A stretch of 63,892 nucleotides of DNA, filler included, from Octopus bimaculoides (GCF_001194135.2; 6 parts of 6 records of this genome joined end to end with filler, not necessarily neighbours in it); one strand, 5' to 3'; positions 39,260 to 52,180 are shown, numbered from the whole stretch's first letter. Program-made: numbers and translations. Notes: a model not told the origin generated them from the sequence alone.

Positions 39260-39460
39260 ATGTACAGACTGGAGGAGAGAATGCTTTTTTCCAGTTTCAA
39301 AATTTTGAAACTCAAAGGGGACAAGAACAAGAGCAGTTATAGGAAAAGTGAAAAAGAAACCAACAGAACAATAGTCTTCTCACAAACTTCCATTGTCCAC
39401 ATTGTGGTTTCTCAGCTAGATCACATACTGGTTTAATAAGTCATGCTCATGTTCATATCC
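39260..39460 (+). mobile_element. RTE (BovB-like) LINE 3' end with C2H2 finger
   Basis: FHCPHCGFSARSHTGLISHAHVH. Confidence 0.65.
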
Positions 39461-40236
39461 ATATTGCTTTTGGTAGCCTAAGGACTCACTTTAGGATTCA
39501 CCAATTGTAAACATTGGTGGATGGCAGTAATAGTAATGTGTGTTGTTGAGTGTCTATTTGGTTGGATTTTTTTTTCTGTCTTCTCACTGAACACTCATAT
39601 GTCCTCTTCGACAGAAGTGTCTGTCGTAATGATTACCATATACAAGATTAAAGTACTTTCAGAAGAACTATTCCATTTCACTGGCATCTGTTGGTGCTGC
39701 CATCTACGGTTACTTTCAGAGTAAGAGTTTGCTAAAAAAAAAAAATAGAAGGGAGGGAGAAATTTCCTGCAATGAGAGAGAACTGTTCAGGGTTTATTTT
39801 TTCTTTTGCTTTATTATTATGCAATGTCTTTTTCTTATAAGTGAGAGAACATATGAAAGAATATTTCCATATAATTCATTTTATTTTTTCTCATTTCGGA
39901 TGTCCTTGTAGCAGCAGATAATTTTATTTCACATTCATTGGAGCCTATCAATGCAACACAACATGGGACCATGAAACTATTCACTCTATGTTCATTTAAA
40001 ACATTTAGGAATTATCTTATTCTCCTGTATCAGGGTGCTCCTACACCAAGATGTAAAAATTGCCGCAGGTAAAGTAGATACATAAAACTGGACGATTTAA
40101 AAAAAACTGATCTACCTAAAAATGATAAGAATTTACAAATATCAACTGCTCTCAGACCAGAATTTTCAATGACCATTTGGCTGTATTGATGTGCGACATT
40201 CCTGAGTAATTCTGTCTCGATTTATCATATTTTCAG

Positions 40237-40422
40237 AAACTCCCATTTAGCCAAACTGACCCAAATGACGACTGCATTTGTGCTGACACAGCCAGTACAT
40301 CACCTGAATCGTCTAGAAAATCTTCAAAAACAATCACATCACCAAGTCAACAACCCTCTAAGTTACTTTCACAAACTGAAAAGCCATCTAGCTCCTTCGA
40401 TATTCAAGGACCCAAGTCTCTG
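40237..40422 (+). CDS. CCDC180: Probable next CCDC180-like exon E, Ser/Pro-rich: KLPFSQTDPNDDCICADTASTSPESSRKSSKTITSPSQQPSKLLSQTEKPSSSFDIQGPKSL
   Basis: Acceptor tcatattttcag, donor gtaagt, 186 nt, phase 0-0, open frame. Low-complexity content fits the poorly conserved region after DUF4455; no direct homology recognised. Confidence 0.6.
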
Positions 40423-40762
40423 GTAAGTTTATTCCTTTAGTTGTGTTCTTTTATTCGTTTATTCACCAGTATTCCACACGGCTACCCTTATCTGTTACAT
40501 AACAAGATGTTTCAATAGATTAAAAGAAATTAAATTCCCCCATCATCGTTTTATCATCCACTTTTCCATACTCACATGGGTGGCTAGAATTTGAGGTGGA
40601 TTTTCTATGGTTGGTTGCCCTTGCTGTCACCAACTTGTTTCCATGGAAATATTTCCCCAGGGTCAAACATGTTTTGGCAGAATATTGAAAATGAATGACA
40701 CCACTTCCGTGACAGTGATATTTGTTTACAATTATTATACGATGTCAAAACAAGGAGACAAT

Positions 40763-40807
<45 letters not shown>

Positions 40808-41500
40808 GTATATACATACAATAGGTTTCTTTCAGTTTCCATCTACCAAATCCACTCACAAGGCTTTGGTTGGCCTGGAGCACGCAGTGGGTCTGAACTC
40901 AGAACCATGTGGTTGGGAGGCAAACTTCTCACTACACTGCTATGTCTAAATTACTCAATAATTAATTGGAATATGTTAATTTTGGTGTGAGGAGGGGATC
41001 GGAGTATGATTTCTTGGATCTAGTCTAGTCCAGTGGTGATCTGCCCTTCAGCTGGTTCTGTGCATGTGACCCTTCTCCAACACTCTCTATACAACCTGGG
41101 AAGGCCCTTACCTGCCTCAGCCCCTGCTGTCATGAATGAGATTACTGGAACTTCGGTTACCATGAATAGACTTAGGATGAATACTGGAATGGTTTTCCAA
41201 TGCCTTCTCCAATCAGGAGGGATTTGAACTCAGAATGTAGAGAGTTGGAATATATACCGTGAAGCATTTCTGCTATGTCATCAATTCTACCACTCTTCCA
41301 CCCACAGGGCAATGTAAAATGAAGTGTTTTGCTCAAGAAGACAATGTGCTGCATGGTCCAGAAATCAAACTCATAATCTAGGGATTGTGAGTATAACACC
41401 CTAACCAAAAGGCCATACGCTTTCATGATTTCTTGGAATAGCCCCAGTTCAACCAATACCTTGAGTGAATTTGCAAGATGGAAACTGTGTAAAGCCCCTC

Positions 41501-41580
<80 letters not shown>

Positions 41581-42813
41581 CTTCTTCCACCTGTTGCTTG
41601 GCAGCTAGTGTCAGTTTGTTGACTTCCCCATTACTTAGTGGTTTGGCAAATGACAAACAGAATAAATGCAAGATTTAAAAAAAAGAAACGTAAGTACTGG
41701 GGTCTGTCTTTTTGACTGCAACCTTTCAAGGCAGAGCTCCAGCATGGCCACAGTCCAGTGACTGATACAAGTCATCATCATCATTTAGCATCTGCTTTTC
41801 CATGCTGGCATGGATTGGATGGTTTGACTGAAACTGGTAAGCTGTTGGGCTACACCAGGTTCCAATCTGATTTGGCATGGTTTCTACAGCTGGATGCCCT
41901 CCCTAATGCCAACTACTCCAAGAGTGTAATGGGTGGTCAAATGGAAGAACTTAATCTGAAATAAAACTAAAAGAAATTTTTTTAAAATACTTTTGTGATA
42001 GAAACATTTTCTTGTCTTTTATTTTTGAACGTTAAAAATTTTTAAAAAAGTATTGGAAAAAGTGAAAATGTTAACAATAGTCATTTTGATAAAATATTGT
42101 TTGGTAAAATAGCTACCAGTTTGAGAAATATGAATAGTGGTTGTTATGAGGAACTCAAAAACAACCTTTTGAGTCAATGCCACATCATGTCTGTGGGCCG
42201 TGACTGAAATCAGTAAAGGAACAAAAGAATATACATATGTGTGTGTATGTTTAAATACATGTGCATGTGTATATATGTAAGTGTGTGTGTGTGTGTGTGT
42301 AAGAGGTAGCACAAAGCAGTGATGGAAAATATACAAACTTTGGGTTAGTTCTCAAATCATATAGATTCATAAGGCTAGTTTCCCAGTTTCTGTGGCATAT
42401 ATATTCCTCACCTGAACAGGATGCACACCCATCACAGGATGCACACCCATCACAGGATTACTCATTTCTGCCAGCTGAGTGAACTGGAGCAACATGAAAT
42501 GAAGTGTTTTGCTCAAGAACATAACACATTGCCCAGTCCAGGAATCAAAACGGCAATCTTGCAATTGTGAGTCCAACACCCGAACCTCTCTAAGCCATGC
42601 ACTTCCACTCGGTAAAATATGTTTGGGACATATTTCTGCTTCTGAAGACAATATCATTGCATNNNNNNNNNNAACACCCGAACCTCTCTAAGCCATGCAC
42701 TTCCACTCGGTAAAATATGTTTGGGACATATTTCTGCTTCTGAAGACAATATCATTGCATTTACCATGGAGAGAAAAATTTTCAAACATTTTTGATCTAA
42801 CCTAAAGTTCCTT

Positions 42814-42848
<35 letters not shown>

Positions 42849-42962
42849 ATATTTATGTGTATTTGACATGTATGTATATATGTATGTATATATATAATGC
42901 ATGTGTGTATATATGTGTGTATACACACACACATATATATGTGGCATGTATATATATATAAT

Positions 42963-43004
<42 letters not shown>

Positions 43005-43024
43005 ATATATATATATATATATAT

Positions 43025-43074
<50 letters not shown>

Positions 43075-43090
43075 ATATAACAGACACATT

Positions 43091-44263
43091 TCATAACCGA
43101 CTGACTTCCATGATTTCTTCGTCTTTGTTCTGTTCAGAATCATCATTTTGGTCAAACAATGGGTTGACCATTTTCCGTTCCACTTGGGTAATCTCAGCTC
43201 CACCCACATGCCAAGAATTAGTTTTGTGGTTCAATTCACTTAATATTTCATCTTCATGACTGAAATCATCTGACCCCAGAGCATTTCTGTCGGTGTTCCT
43301 CATCCATCGAGCATTACGCAACTGAGCTTTCTCTCTTTCTTGGGCATTTTCTGGCACTTCAAGACCCTGTGGTTTCATTCCAATTGTGATTGGTGTATCA
43401 ACCCGCATTTCAGTGTTGTCTGCCAATTCCAGCTTGAACTGGAATGAATATTCCACCTCAATTAGATCACAGTAGTCTAGGTTAGATTCTGGGATATAAG
43501 GAGGGACAGCTAAACGCACATTTCTCCACTTTCGACCTTCGCAATACCCCATTTCGTAATTGTCTCTCCGCTTGTTTACCATCTGTAGAAAACTGATGCT
43601 TTTCTTCTGTGCATGGTAAGTACTGTTCATCAAAAGGGAAGCTTGAATTGCATAGATAACTTTAGGACTTCGGTTTGTAATATCGGCATCAATGAGTATA
43701 TCTTCCCCGGGGACTAAACCTGTCTTTTTTATTGTTACATCCATCGATATCTTACCAAAAGTACAACCCTTCCATGCTTTCTTATGGTGTGTTATATTGG
43801 TTGGCTTTAAGAGTGCAGCAGACAATGGTAATGGTCTAACAATTAAGAAAGGCTCACTGGTAATGTTAGTTTCACCAACTCTATCTCCAGAAATAATTGC
43901 TTTTAATACGTATGTCACATTACCGTATTTTCCGATGAAGGAAGAGGGTAAATTATTTGGTAGCTGATAGTCAAAGGGGAAATTATGTGGGCCAGCATTC
44001 AAACTCAGTGGTTCTGTATTCTTCATGTCCATAATCAACTTTGAGGCATCCATGTATATCTCGCTTGCTTGGTTTTGTTGTTGATTGTCTTCCCAACAGA
44101 CCCTCCCCTCACCAAGAACACTGATCATAATGGTTCGGAGTAAAGTTGGACTGGAGAGAGAAAGCTGTATAGATCCTCGGAGTATCTCACCTGGCTGATA
44201 TTGATAATGTTCGTCAATATCATGTTCTAAGTTTATCGTAAAATGTTTCACAGACATATCCAT
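43091..44263 (-). CDS. Alpha-arrestin / arrestin domain-containing protein (ARRDC-like), 390 aa, single coding exon
   Basis: Uninterrupted ORF from the first ATG (MDMSVKHF). It has arrestin-N motifs (YQPGEILRGSIQL, GPHNFPFDYQLPNNLPSSFIGKYGNVTYVLKA) and arrestin-C motifs (KTGLVPGEDILIDADITNRS, IEVEYSFQFKL). The TTG start at 44311 in the ORF track probably lies in 5' UTR or intron. Orthology to a specific ARRDC was not determined. Confidence 0.9.
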   Translation of the reverse strand: MDMSVKHFTINLEHDIDEHYQYQPGEILRGSIQLSLSSPTLLRTIMISVLGEGRVCWEDNQQQNQASEIYMDASKLIMDMKNTEPLSLNAGPHNFPFDYQLPNNLPSSFIGKYGNVTYVLKAIISGDRVGETNITSEPFLIVRPLPLSAALLKPTNITHHKKAWKGCTFGKISMDVTIKKTGLVPGEDILIDADITNRSPKVIYAIQASLLMNSTYHAQKKSISFLQMVNKRRDNYEMGYCEGRKWRNVRLAVPPYIPESNLDYCDLIEVEYSFQFKLELADNTEMRVDTPITIGMKPQGLEVPENAQEREKAQLRNARWMRNTDRNALGSDDFSHEDEILSELNHKTNSWHVGGAEITQVERKMVNPLFDQNDDSEQNKDEEIMEVSRL

Positions 44264-44555
44264 TTTCACAATGCCACTACCTCCAGAAAGGAGGTTCAAA
44301 GAATCCAGCAAAAAATTGTTTTATCACAAAGGATATTTGACTAAATTTTTTTTATTCTATTATTAAAAATAGATTTCTTATGTGTTATATAGACACATAT
44401 TTTTGTTTTGTTTTTTGGGGATTTTTTTTTTTTATTTGTAGACTCCAGGAAATTTTAAATTAATTCCTCTTTAATATTTCGAAAATTTTGATATAATTTC
44501 TCAATGGCATGGCAGACTAACTGTCTTGTACTTTTCTTCAGTGTGAGTCTGAAAC

Positions 44556-44586
<31 letters not shown>

Positions 44587-45899
44587 GAAATGATAAGTTT
44601 GCTTCATAATGCATTTTATCAACAAACACATATAAACACAATATCACATATGTACATACACATACATGTAAATTTTGTTGAGAGAAAACTGTGATGGTAT
44701 GGTCATGGGATGCATATGCATGAGGACAGCTGCAGAGAGAAGTGCCAATCTCTGATTGTGGAATATGTACATACACATACATGTAAATTTTGTTCCTTTT
44801 AATGATTAAAGTATTGGTTTCAAATCTTGGCACAAGGCCAGCAATTTCAGGGTTAGAGGGTAAGCTGATTACATCAACCCCATTACTCAACTAGTATTTA
44901 TTTTATCGGCCCTAAAAGGATGAAAGGCAAAGTCAACCTCAGCTAAGTTTGAACTTACAACTTAAAGACAGACAAAATGCTGCTAAGCATTTTACCCAGC
45001 ATGGTAACAATTCTGCCAGCTCACCGCCTTATCTTTGAGAATTAAAATATTAAAATGATTAAATTGATATTAGTCACTATGCTAGTAATTATTAATAATT
45101 ATAGCTCAACACAAGTATTTCTAATTTGATTTCTGATACATATTGTGTTAAATACAAGCAAAAATAATTATAACAATGGTCTTATTGTAATGTACCTCAG
45201 ATGTACCACAACTCTTTGGTAAAGGGTGAAAGTGGCACTTAAAAACTGCAATAAGTCAAGTAAAGGAAGACAACAGCACAGTATACAGAATAAAACCCCA
45301 AAATAGAGAAAAGTGATGAGTAAAAGAATCATAAAGAGGAAAGGGTGTATAGTGTGTCAAGAGTAGCGTTGGTGAATTTCAGGAACATCATCATCATCAT
45401 CATCATCCATTAACATCTATTTTCGATGCTGGCATGGGTTGGATGGCTTGACCAGAGCTGGCAAGCTAGGAAGTTGCACCAAGTTCCAGTCTGATTTGGT
45501 TTGGTTTCTATGGCTGGATGCCCTTCCTAATGCCAACCACTTTACAGAGTTGACTGAGTGCTTTTACATGGCACCAGCACCAGCAAGGTCTGTTTTGACT
45601 CTGTTTGTATGACAGTGACACTCATTTACAACTATCATACAATGACAAAACAAGGAGATACAAACACACACACATATATGATAGGCTTATTTCTGTTTCT
45701 GCCTACAAAATCTGCTCACAAGGCTTTGGTTGGCCCAGGGCTATATTAGAAAACACTAACCCAAGATTCCAACAGTGGGACTGAACTTGAAACCATGTGG
45801 TTAGGAAGCAAACAGACATTTGCTTCCTAACCACACAACCATACCTGCCCCTATATGTCTTCATCATTTGACATCCATTGGTTGGACAGTTTGGGATGT

Positions 45900-46430
45900 G
45901 CAATGTCAGCGTGCATGTGTGACAGAGTATGTCTTAAGAGAAAATTTGGGTATAAGAGGCATCAGATGTAGTGTGCAAGAGAGAAAACTGTGATGGTATG
46001 GTCATGGGATGCGTATGGATGAGGACAGCTGCATAGAGAAGTGCCAATCTCTGATTGTGGAATAAGTGGACCCAGGAAGATGTGGGATGAGGTGACGAAA
46101 TGTGATTTTCGGATGTTGAGTCTCACAGAGGTGATAACAAGTAACCAGGACTTCTGGTGAATTGCTGTGCTTGAGAAGACACATCCAGCTAAGTGAAATT
46201 GTAGTCATGGCTAGTGTGGGTGTTATATGAATGGCACTCACACCAGTAGCACATAAAATGCACCCATGCCAGTGACATGTAAAAGGTACCCACTACATTG
46301 TAGAGTGGTTGGCATTAGGAAAGGCATCCAGCCATAGAAACCAGGCCAAAACAAACTAGAGCTTGGTACAACTCTCTGTCAAGCTGTCTAACTCATGCCA
46401 TCATAGAAAACAGACATTAAATGATGATAA
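45900..46430 (+). mobile_element. RTE LINE 3' end running into the abundant (GAT)n-tailed repeat
   Basis: LRENLGIRGIRCSVQERKL*WYGH...MDEDSCIEKCQSL, then GPRKMWDEV, then GTGGTTGGCATTAGGAAAGGCATCCAGC...GACATTAAATGATGAT. An about 83-bp near-copy is at 44680-44762. Confidence 0.75.
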
Positions 46431-47143
46431 AGAGCCACAGGACTGTGTCTAACTCCATATCAAATCGAGCATGATTTCTATGGCTGGATGCCCTTCCTAA
46501 TGCCATCTACTCTGTAGTGTGTACTAGGTGCCTTTTTTCACAACACCAGCACCAGTGAGGTTGCCAAGTAACTTATAAGAAAAGAAAAATTCCCTTTAAC
46601 TGAGTGAGGAATGTCTTTGAGATGGTGAGAGGCTGCTTCATGTTGAGAGGCTAAAGTAGGATAGAGACAAGCCTAGGTATTTTTGCTATGAAAGAGATAC
46701 ATGTCTACTTCACATTATATAAACATTAGTGGGAGTAGTTGAGAAAAATAAAGATTGTGGAGAGGAGTTGCTAGTATGTGTGTGTGTGTGTGTGTGTAGG
46801 CACAGGCATAGTTGTAATAAGAGGCTTGCTTCCCAACCACATGATTCCAGGATCAGTCCTACTGCATGGCACCTTGGGTAAGTGTCTTCTACTCAGGCCA
46901 ACCAAAGCCTTATGAGTGGATCTGGTAGATGGAAGCTGAAAGAAGCTCATCATGTGTGTGTGTGGGGGGGCTTTCTGTTTGGTTCCCTACTACTGCTTGA
47001 CAACTGGTGTTGGTATGCTTACATCCCCATTACTTAGCAGTTCAGCAGAAGAAACCAATAGAATAAGTGCCAGGCTTCAGAAAATAAGCACTGGAGTTGA
47101 CTTGTTCATCTAAAATTCTTCAAGACAATGCCCCAGCATGGCC

Positions 47144-47195
<52 letters not shown>

Positions 47196-48271
47196 GACAG
47201 AGAGAGAGAGAAAGATACACACACACATGTGTGTGTGCATGTGTATTATATAGATGTGTGTGTGTGGTGTGTGTGCTTACATACGCACACCATATACAAA
47301 CATACAAACAAAAGGTCAGAAGGAGGAAACAAGAAACAGAAAGGAAGAAAGAGGTGGGCAGAGAAGTGAAAGCCTAAGTTGGTGCAATGTTTAAATAGCC
47401 TAAAAGCATAGTAGCATTAATCTTCAATGGAATTTACACAAACATACAAAGATAAAAGGGAGAAAGTAAGCCATATAACAACAACAACAACAACAATGAT
47501 AATACTAGTAACAACAACAAAAGTAATAATAGCGCTATAGAATAAACATTGTCATAAATGGGATAAGATCTCACGTTATGGAGGTAAACAACTCTATTGT
47601 CTTACCTCTCCTTTCACCACCATCACCATCACCCCTGTCTTTAAATATGTCCCCTTCAATTATTATTCTTATCTAAGTTCCCCTGCAAACTATGAAATTC
47701 ACTTACTTTCCCACCAATTTATATTCAGATTATTATTGTTATTGTTAATATTATTAAGTATTAGTGGTGACAGAGGGAGCTACTGCCCTTTAGGGAATTT
47801 TTTGGTTGAAGTGTGGGTGAGCGTGATGGAAATGAGAATGGCCCTAATGAATGGGCAAGTTCTCAGCATTTGCCTGTAGGTCAGATAATACAGGTGAGAG
47901 AGGGAAGTTGCACCTGGTAGTTAAGGTAATTCTTGATCTATAAAGTTCTTAGATTGGCCTTGTTTGACTGCCTATCCCCTATAGGGACATCTCATTTCAT
48001 TCTTTTGTGTATTTTTTTTTATTCATAATTGATTCTGCATCTCTCCACCCCCACTCCCCCACCAACTACTATGCTTGTGATTTGTCCTTGTAATGTCCCC
48101 CAATACATAGCCCTTGTGGCAAATAAGAAAAGGATTATTGTCAAATGCATGCATACTCCCAGGTTTCAGCATCCGGTGGCTGGTTTACCTACTTTTTATA
48201 GGCACAGGCATGGCTTATAGGTGCAGGAGTGGTTGTGTGGTAAGAATCTTGCTTTCCAACCATATATATAC

Positions 48272-48318
<47 letters not shown>

Positions 48319-49319
48319 AATTCACGTAAAATAGTGTACATTTAATACACATTAGAGATGCCCATAAAAGGCATCTAACCCGCTAGAAAGAGCAGCCAAG
48401 GCTCTACACCACAAAATAGGGATAATTTCGAAAAGGAATGAAAAATAAAAACATTTACCATCTATATTTCGAACCAGGTTTCAAGTTATTTTAGCAAAAT
48501 AAACTATTTATTCTGCCAGGTCAACTATCATCAGCGAAATAGCCTAGATCGACAATATATATGCATGAGGCACTCCATCTGATTTGTGCATATATGTCTA
48601 ATTTTTCAAAATTTACCGCACATGTGTAGAATACCTAATCGGCAGCAAATACAAAAATAATGCCAATTTTTCAGAAATTAGCCAAAAACATTTTATAATT
48701 AATAAGTCTAAGGGTAGCTACCCTTAGACTTATTAATTATGTATATATATATATATCTGTGTCTTTGTGTCAGCATTTGTCCCCCCACCACCATTTGATG
48801 ACCACTGTTGTTGGTGTGTTTACATCCTCATAACTTAATGGTTCAGCAACAGAGACTGATAGAATAAGTACCAGGCTTAAACAAAAAGAAAACAAAACAA
48901 GTCCTGGGGTCAATTCATTCTACTAAAAATTCTTCAAGGCAGTGCTCCAGCATGACCATAGTCTAATGACTGAAACAAATAAAAAAAAAAAGATGTAAGC
49001 TGCATCATCCCCACTTCGCCCATTTTGATTATGATACATAAAGTCTCTGCTGCTTTTCGCGAAATACTGTTTGCCACTTCATTTACAATAGTTTAAATAA
49101 TGGTTTAAATAATGGTCCAGCAGTTTTTGAAGTTAAGACGGTAAACATATGACTGGCAACTTTATGACTTTCCACTATGACTTTCAGCCTTGAAAGGATG
49201 AAAGACAAAATTGACTTTACCAGGATTTGAACCTAGAACATAAAGAGCTGGAAGAAATGCTGTAAAGCACTTTGTCTGACGTACTAACATGAACGGAAGC
49301 ATTTTGTCTGATGTGCAAA

Positions 49320-50110
49320 TATGAACAGGAGCTTGGGGGAAGAAGCTTGGGACAATTGAAGTAAGATTTGAGACTGAAGAAGAAGCCAGGTGTCATTCCA
49401 TGACAACTCTTGGGAATGAAGACTTCGGAATCCCCAGCTATCATGGCCAATGCCTTGCTAAAGTTAGGGTGATGAACGTGCTGCCAAAAATATCCATCAC
49501 CTGATTGGTGGTGGTCATCTTGGCAGGTATAGACAAAGACAAGGTGACTATCTTGGGGGTAAAGAAAATATCTAAACAAAATTGGTCGTGTATAAGTATG
49601 GAACTGACCTTACAATGTAAACAAACCTATATCAATAAATTACCAGATCTCATAGATCTCCTGGATGGCATTCACTTGTCAGTGTTAGTGGAGAGTAGAG
49701 AGTCAAGGTTCTACATATGGGGATCTGTGACTCACTTAAAGGTTTTCTGCCCTCAAACAAGAAAAACGAAACTCTCACTGCTGGGAACAGTACAAACACC
49801 ACAAACCCAAAATCATGAGGATGTGCTCAAGACTGCTACACCCATAACTAAACCAAGACAACAAAGGAGTTTACTCCCGGTTACCATGACAAGAAGAAAG
49901 AAAAACAGGCCGAACAATGGCTCACTGTGACAAAAGGGGCTATATGAAAGAGGAGGCAGGTACATAGCCTTACTCCAAGAACACAGCAAAAAGATATGCC
50001 AAAACCACAACTGCAGCCCAATTCACAACCGCTCCAACGACAACTACAAATGCAGCAACATCATCAACAGTAGCATAAAAACATAGAAACAGAGAAACAA
50101 CTGATGATAG
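49320..50110 (+). mobile_element. Possible LINE ORF1-like remnant
   Basis: Non-repetitive, protein-like but broken frames (GTIEVRFETEEEARCH...KVRVMNVLPKISIT*LVVVILAG) and a Gln/Lys-rich tail; no splice structure. Confidence 0.35.
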
Positions 50111-51019
50111 AACTGCAAAAACAAGAAAATACTTTCAACTGTACATGAAATATATCCACCAATTTCACTGTTGTGAATAAATGCAACAGTGAATTGATGG
50201 ATTTTGTAAATCAAAATAAAAGCAAAATTGAGACAGAGGGAAGGGAATTTGAGGATTTCATCCTCAAAACTCCGAAGGACAGGTTATTAAAATGTTCTCA
50301 GATGTTTATATAACAATCCATGAAAATTCCCATGTAATGTGGGGATTTTAAAAAAATCAGTTGACAAAAGGCTTTTAGAATGGCTTTTAAAAAACTTGCA
50401 CCTGTAGAAAGTAGCTTTTCCTTTCATCTTTCTGGGGTTGATAAAATAAAGTATCATTGAAGTACAGGGATCAATTTATTTGACTTACTCTAACCCTCTC
50501 TTCAAATTTGTGGCCTTGAACAAATGATAGAAATTATTAAGGAGAAAACCCAGTCATAACAAAGAAAGCATCANNNNNNNNNNNNNNNNNNNNNNNNNNN
50601 NNNNNNNNNNNNNNNNNNNNNNNNNNNNNNNNNNNNNNNNNNNNNNNNNNNNNNNNNNNNNNNNNNNNNNNNNNNNNNNNNNNNNNNNNNNNNNNNNNNN
50701 NNNNNNNNNNNNNNNNNNNNNNNNNNNNNNNNNNNNNNNNNNNNNNNNNNNNNNNNNNNNNNNNNNNNNNNNNNNNNNNNNNNNNNNNNNNNNNNNNNNN
50801 NNNNNNNNNNNNNNNNNNNNNNNNNNNNNNNNNNNNNNNNNNNNNNNNNNNNNNNNNNNNNNNNNNNNNNNNNNNNNNNNNNNNNNNNNNNNNNNNNNNN
50901 NNNNNNNNNNNNNNNNNNNNNNNNNNNNNNNNNNNNNNNNNNNNNNNNNNNNNNNNNNNNNNNNNNNNNNNNNNNNNNNNNNNNNNNACAGTATATAACA
51001 CCAACGTACAGTTAGAGGT

Positions 51020-52180
51020 GCTTTATACTGTATGTTGGAGGTAGTATATATACTGTATGTTGGAGGTGGTATATATGCTGTTTGTTGGAGGTGGTATATA
51101 TGCTGTATGTTGGAGGTGGTATATATGCTGTATGTTGGAGGTGGTATATATGCTATGTTAGAGGTGGTATATATGCTGTGTGTTGGAGGTGGTATACATC
51201 AAGTGGTATCAAAATGTTCCCAGGCTACTTTTGTAGTGTACCAACAGATGGCAGCACATGGTTGTGTGCACAGCGAGAGCTAGTAGTGACCTTCATGGGG
51301 CAGTGTGCTGAGTGACATTGCTGTGTTTATTTCACGAGTTGTGAAATTTGTGTAGTTGTGATCACATGTATGCCATAGTCTGTGATTTTATCATGGACAG
51401 GAACAAAGAGCCAACGTTAAATATTGTGTTAAACTTGGGAAGTCTGCTACAGAGACATTGAGCATGCTTCAGCAAGCTTACAGCGATGAGCCAATGGGTC
51501 GTACACAATTTTTCAAGTGACATGAATGCTTCAAAAAGTGGAAGAACTTCCCTAGAAGATGATGTGTGATCTGAGAGACCTGCCATGAGAATGACACCTG
51601 GAAATATGAAGAAAATTCGTCAGTTTGTGCAGGAGGATTGTCAGAGGACAATCAGCGACATTGCTGATGTTGTTGGTTTGTTGTATGGGTCCATGTAGGC
51701 AATGCTAACGTCCAGATTCTTCACAACAACAATGTACTCTGTCACCAAGCTCTCCTCACTCATGAGTTTCTCTCCAAAAACAACATGATATCACCTCTGC
51801 ACCTGCCCTATTCATCAGATCTATCACTTGCAGACTTCCATCTCTTCCCCAAGATGAAAATGCAGCTCAAAGGTTGCCGTTTTCACACCATTGTTGAGAT
51901 CCAGAGCAAATCACTGCCGGTCTTTGACTCGTTTATGGAAAACAACTTCCAGGCTGGATTCCAAAAGTGGCAGGAACACTGGAGCCAGTGTATTGCTGTG
52001 CAAGGTGACTATTTCAAAGGAGATGATGTCAAATCTTAAGTTATTTTTTATTAAACATATCTAGTCTAGGAACTTTTTAATACCACCTCATATACTGTAT
52101 GTTGGAGGTAGTGTAAATATACTGTTTGTTGGAGGTGATATACATACTGTATGTTGGAGATGGCATATATACTGTGTTGG
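51020..52180. repeat. 25-bp minisatellite (ATATATGCTGTATGTTGGAGGTGGT) interrupted by the mariner element
   Basis: About seven units at 51020-51197 and about three more at 52091-52180. Confidence 0.85.
51200..52090 (+). mobile_element. Internally deleted mariner-family transposon
   Basis: Degenerate TIRs (AAGTGGTATCAAAATGTTCCCAGGCTA left; reverse complement of right end GAGGTGGTATTAAAAAGTTCCTAGACTA). Fragments EQRANVKYCVKLGKSATET and PYSSDLSLADFHLFPKMKMQLKG. Confidence 0.85.

Noticed and set aside
42576-42760. Exact tandem duplication of about 87 bp
   Set aside because: The two copies flank a 10-N gap, the pattern expected from overlapping contig ends.
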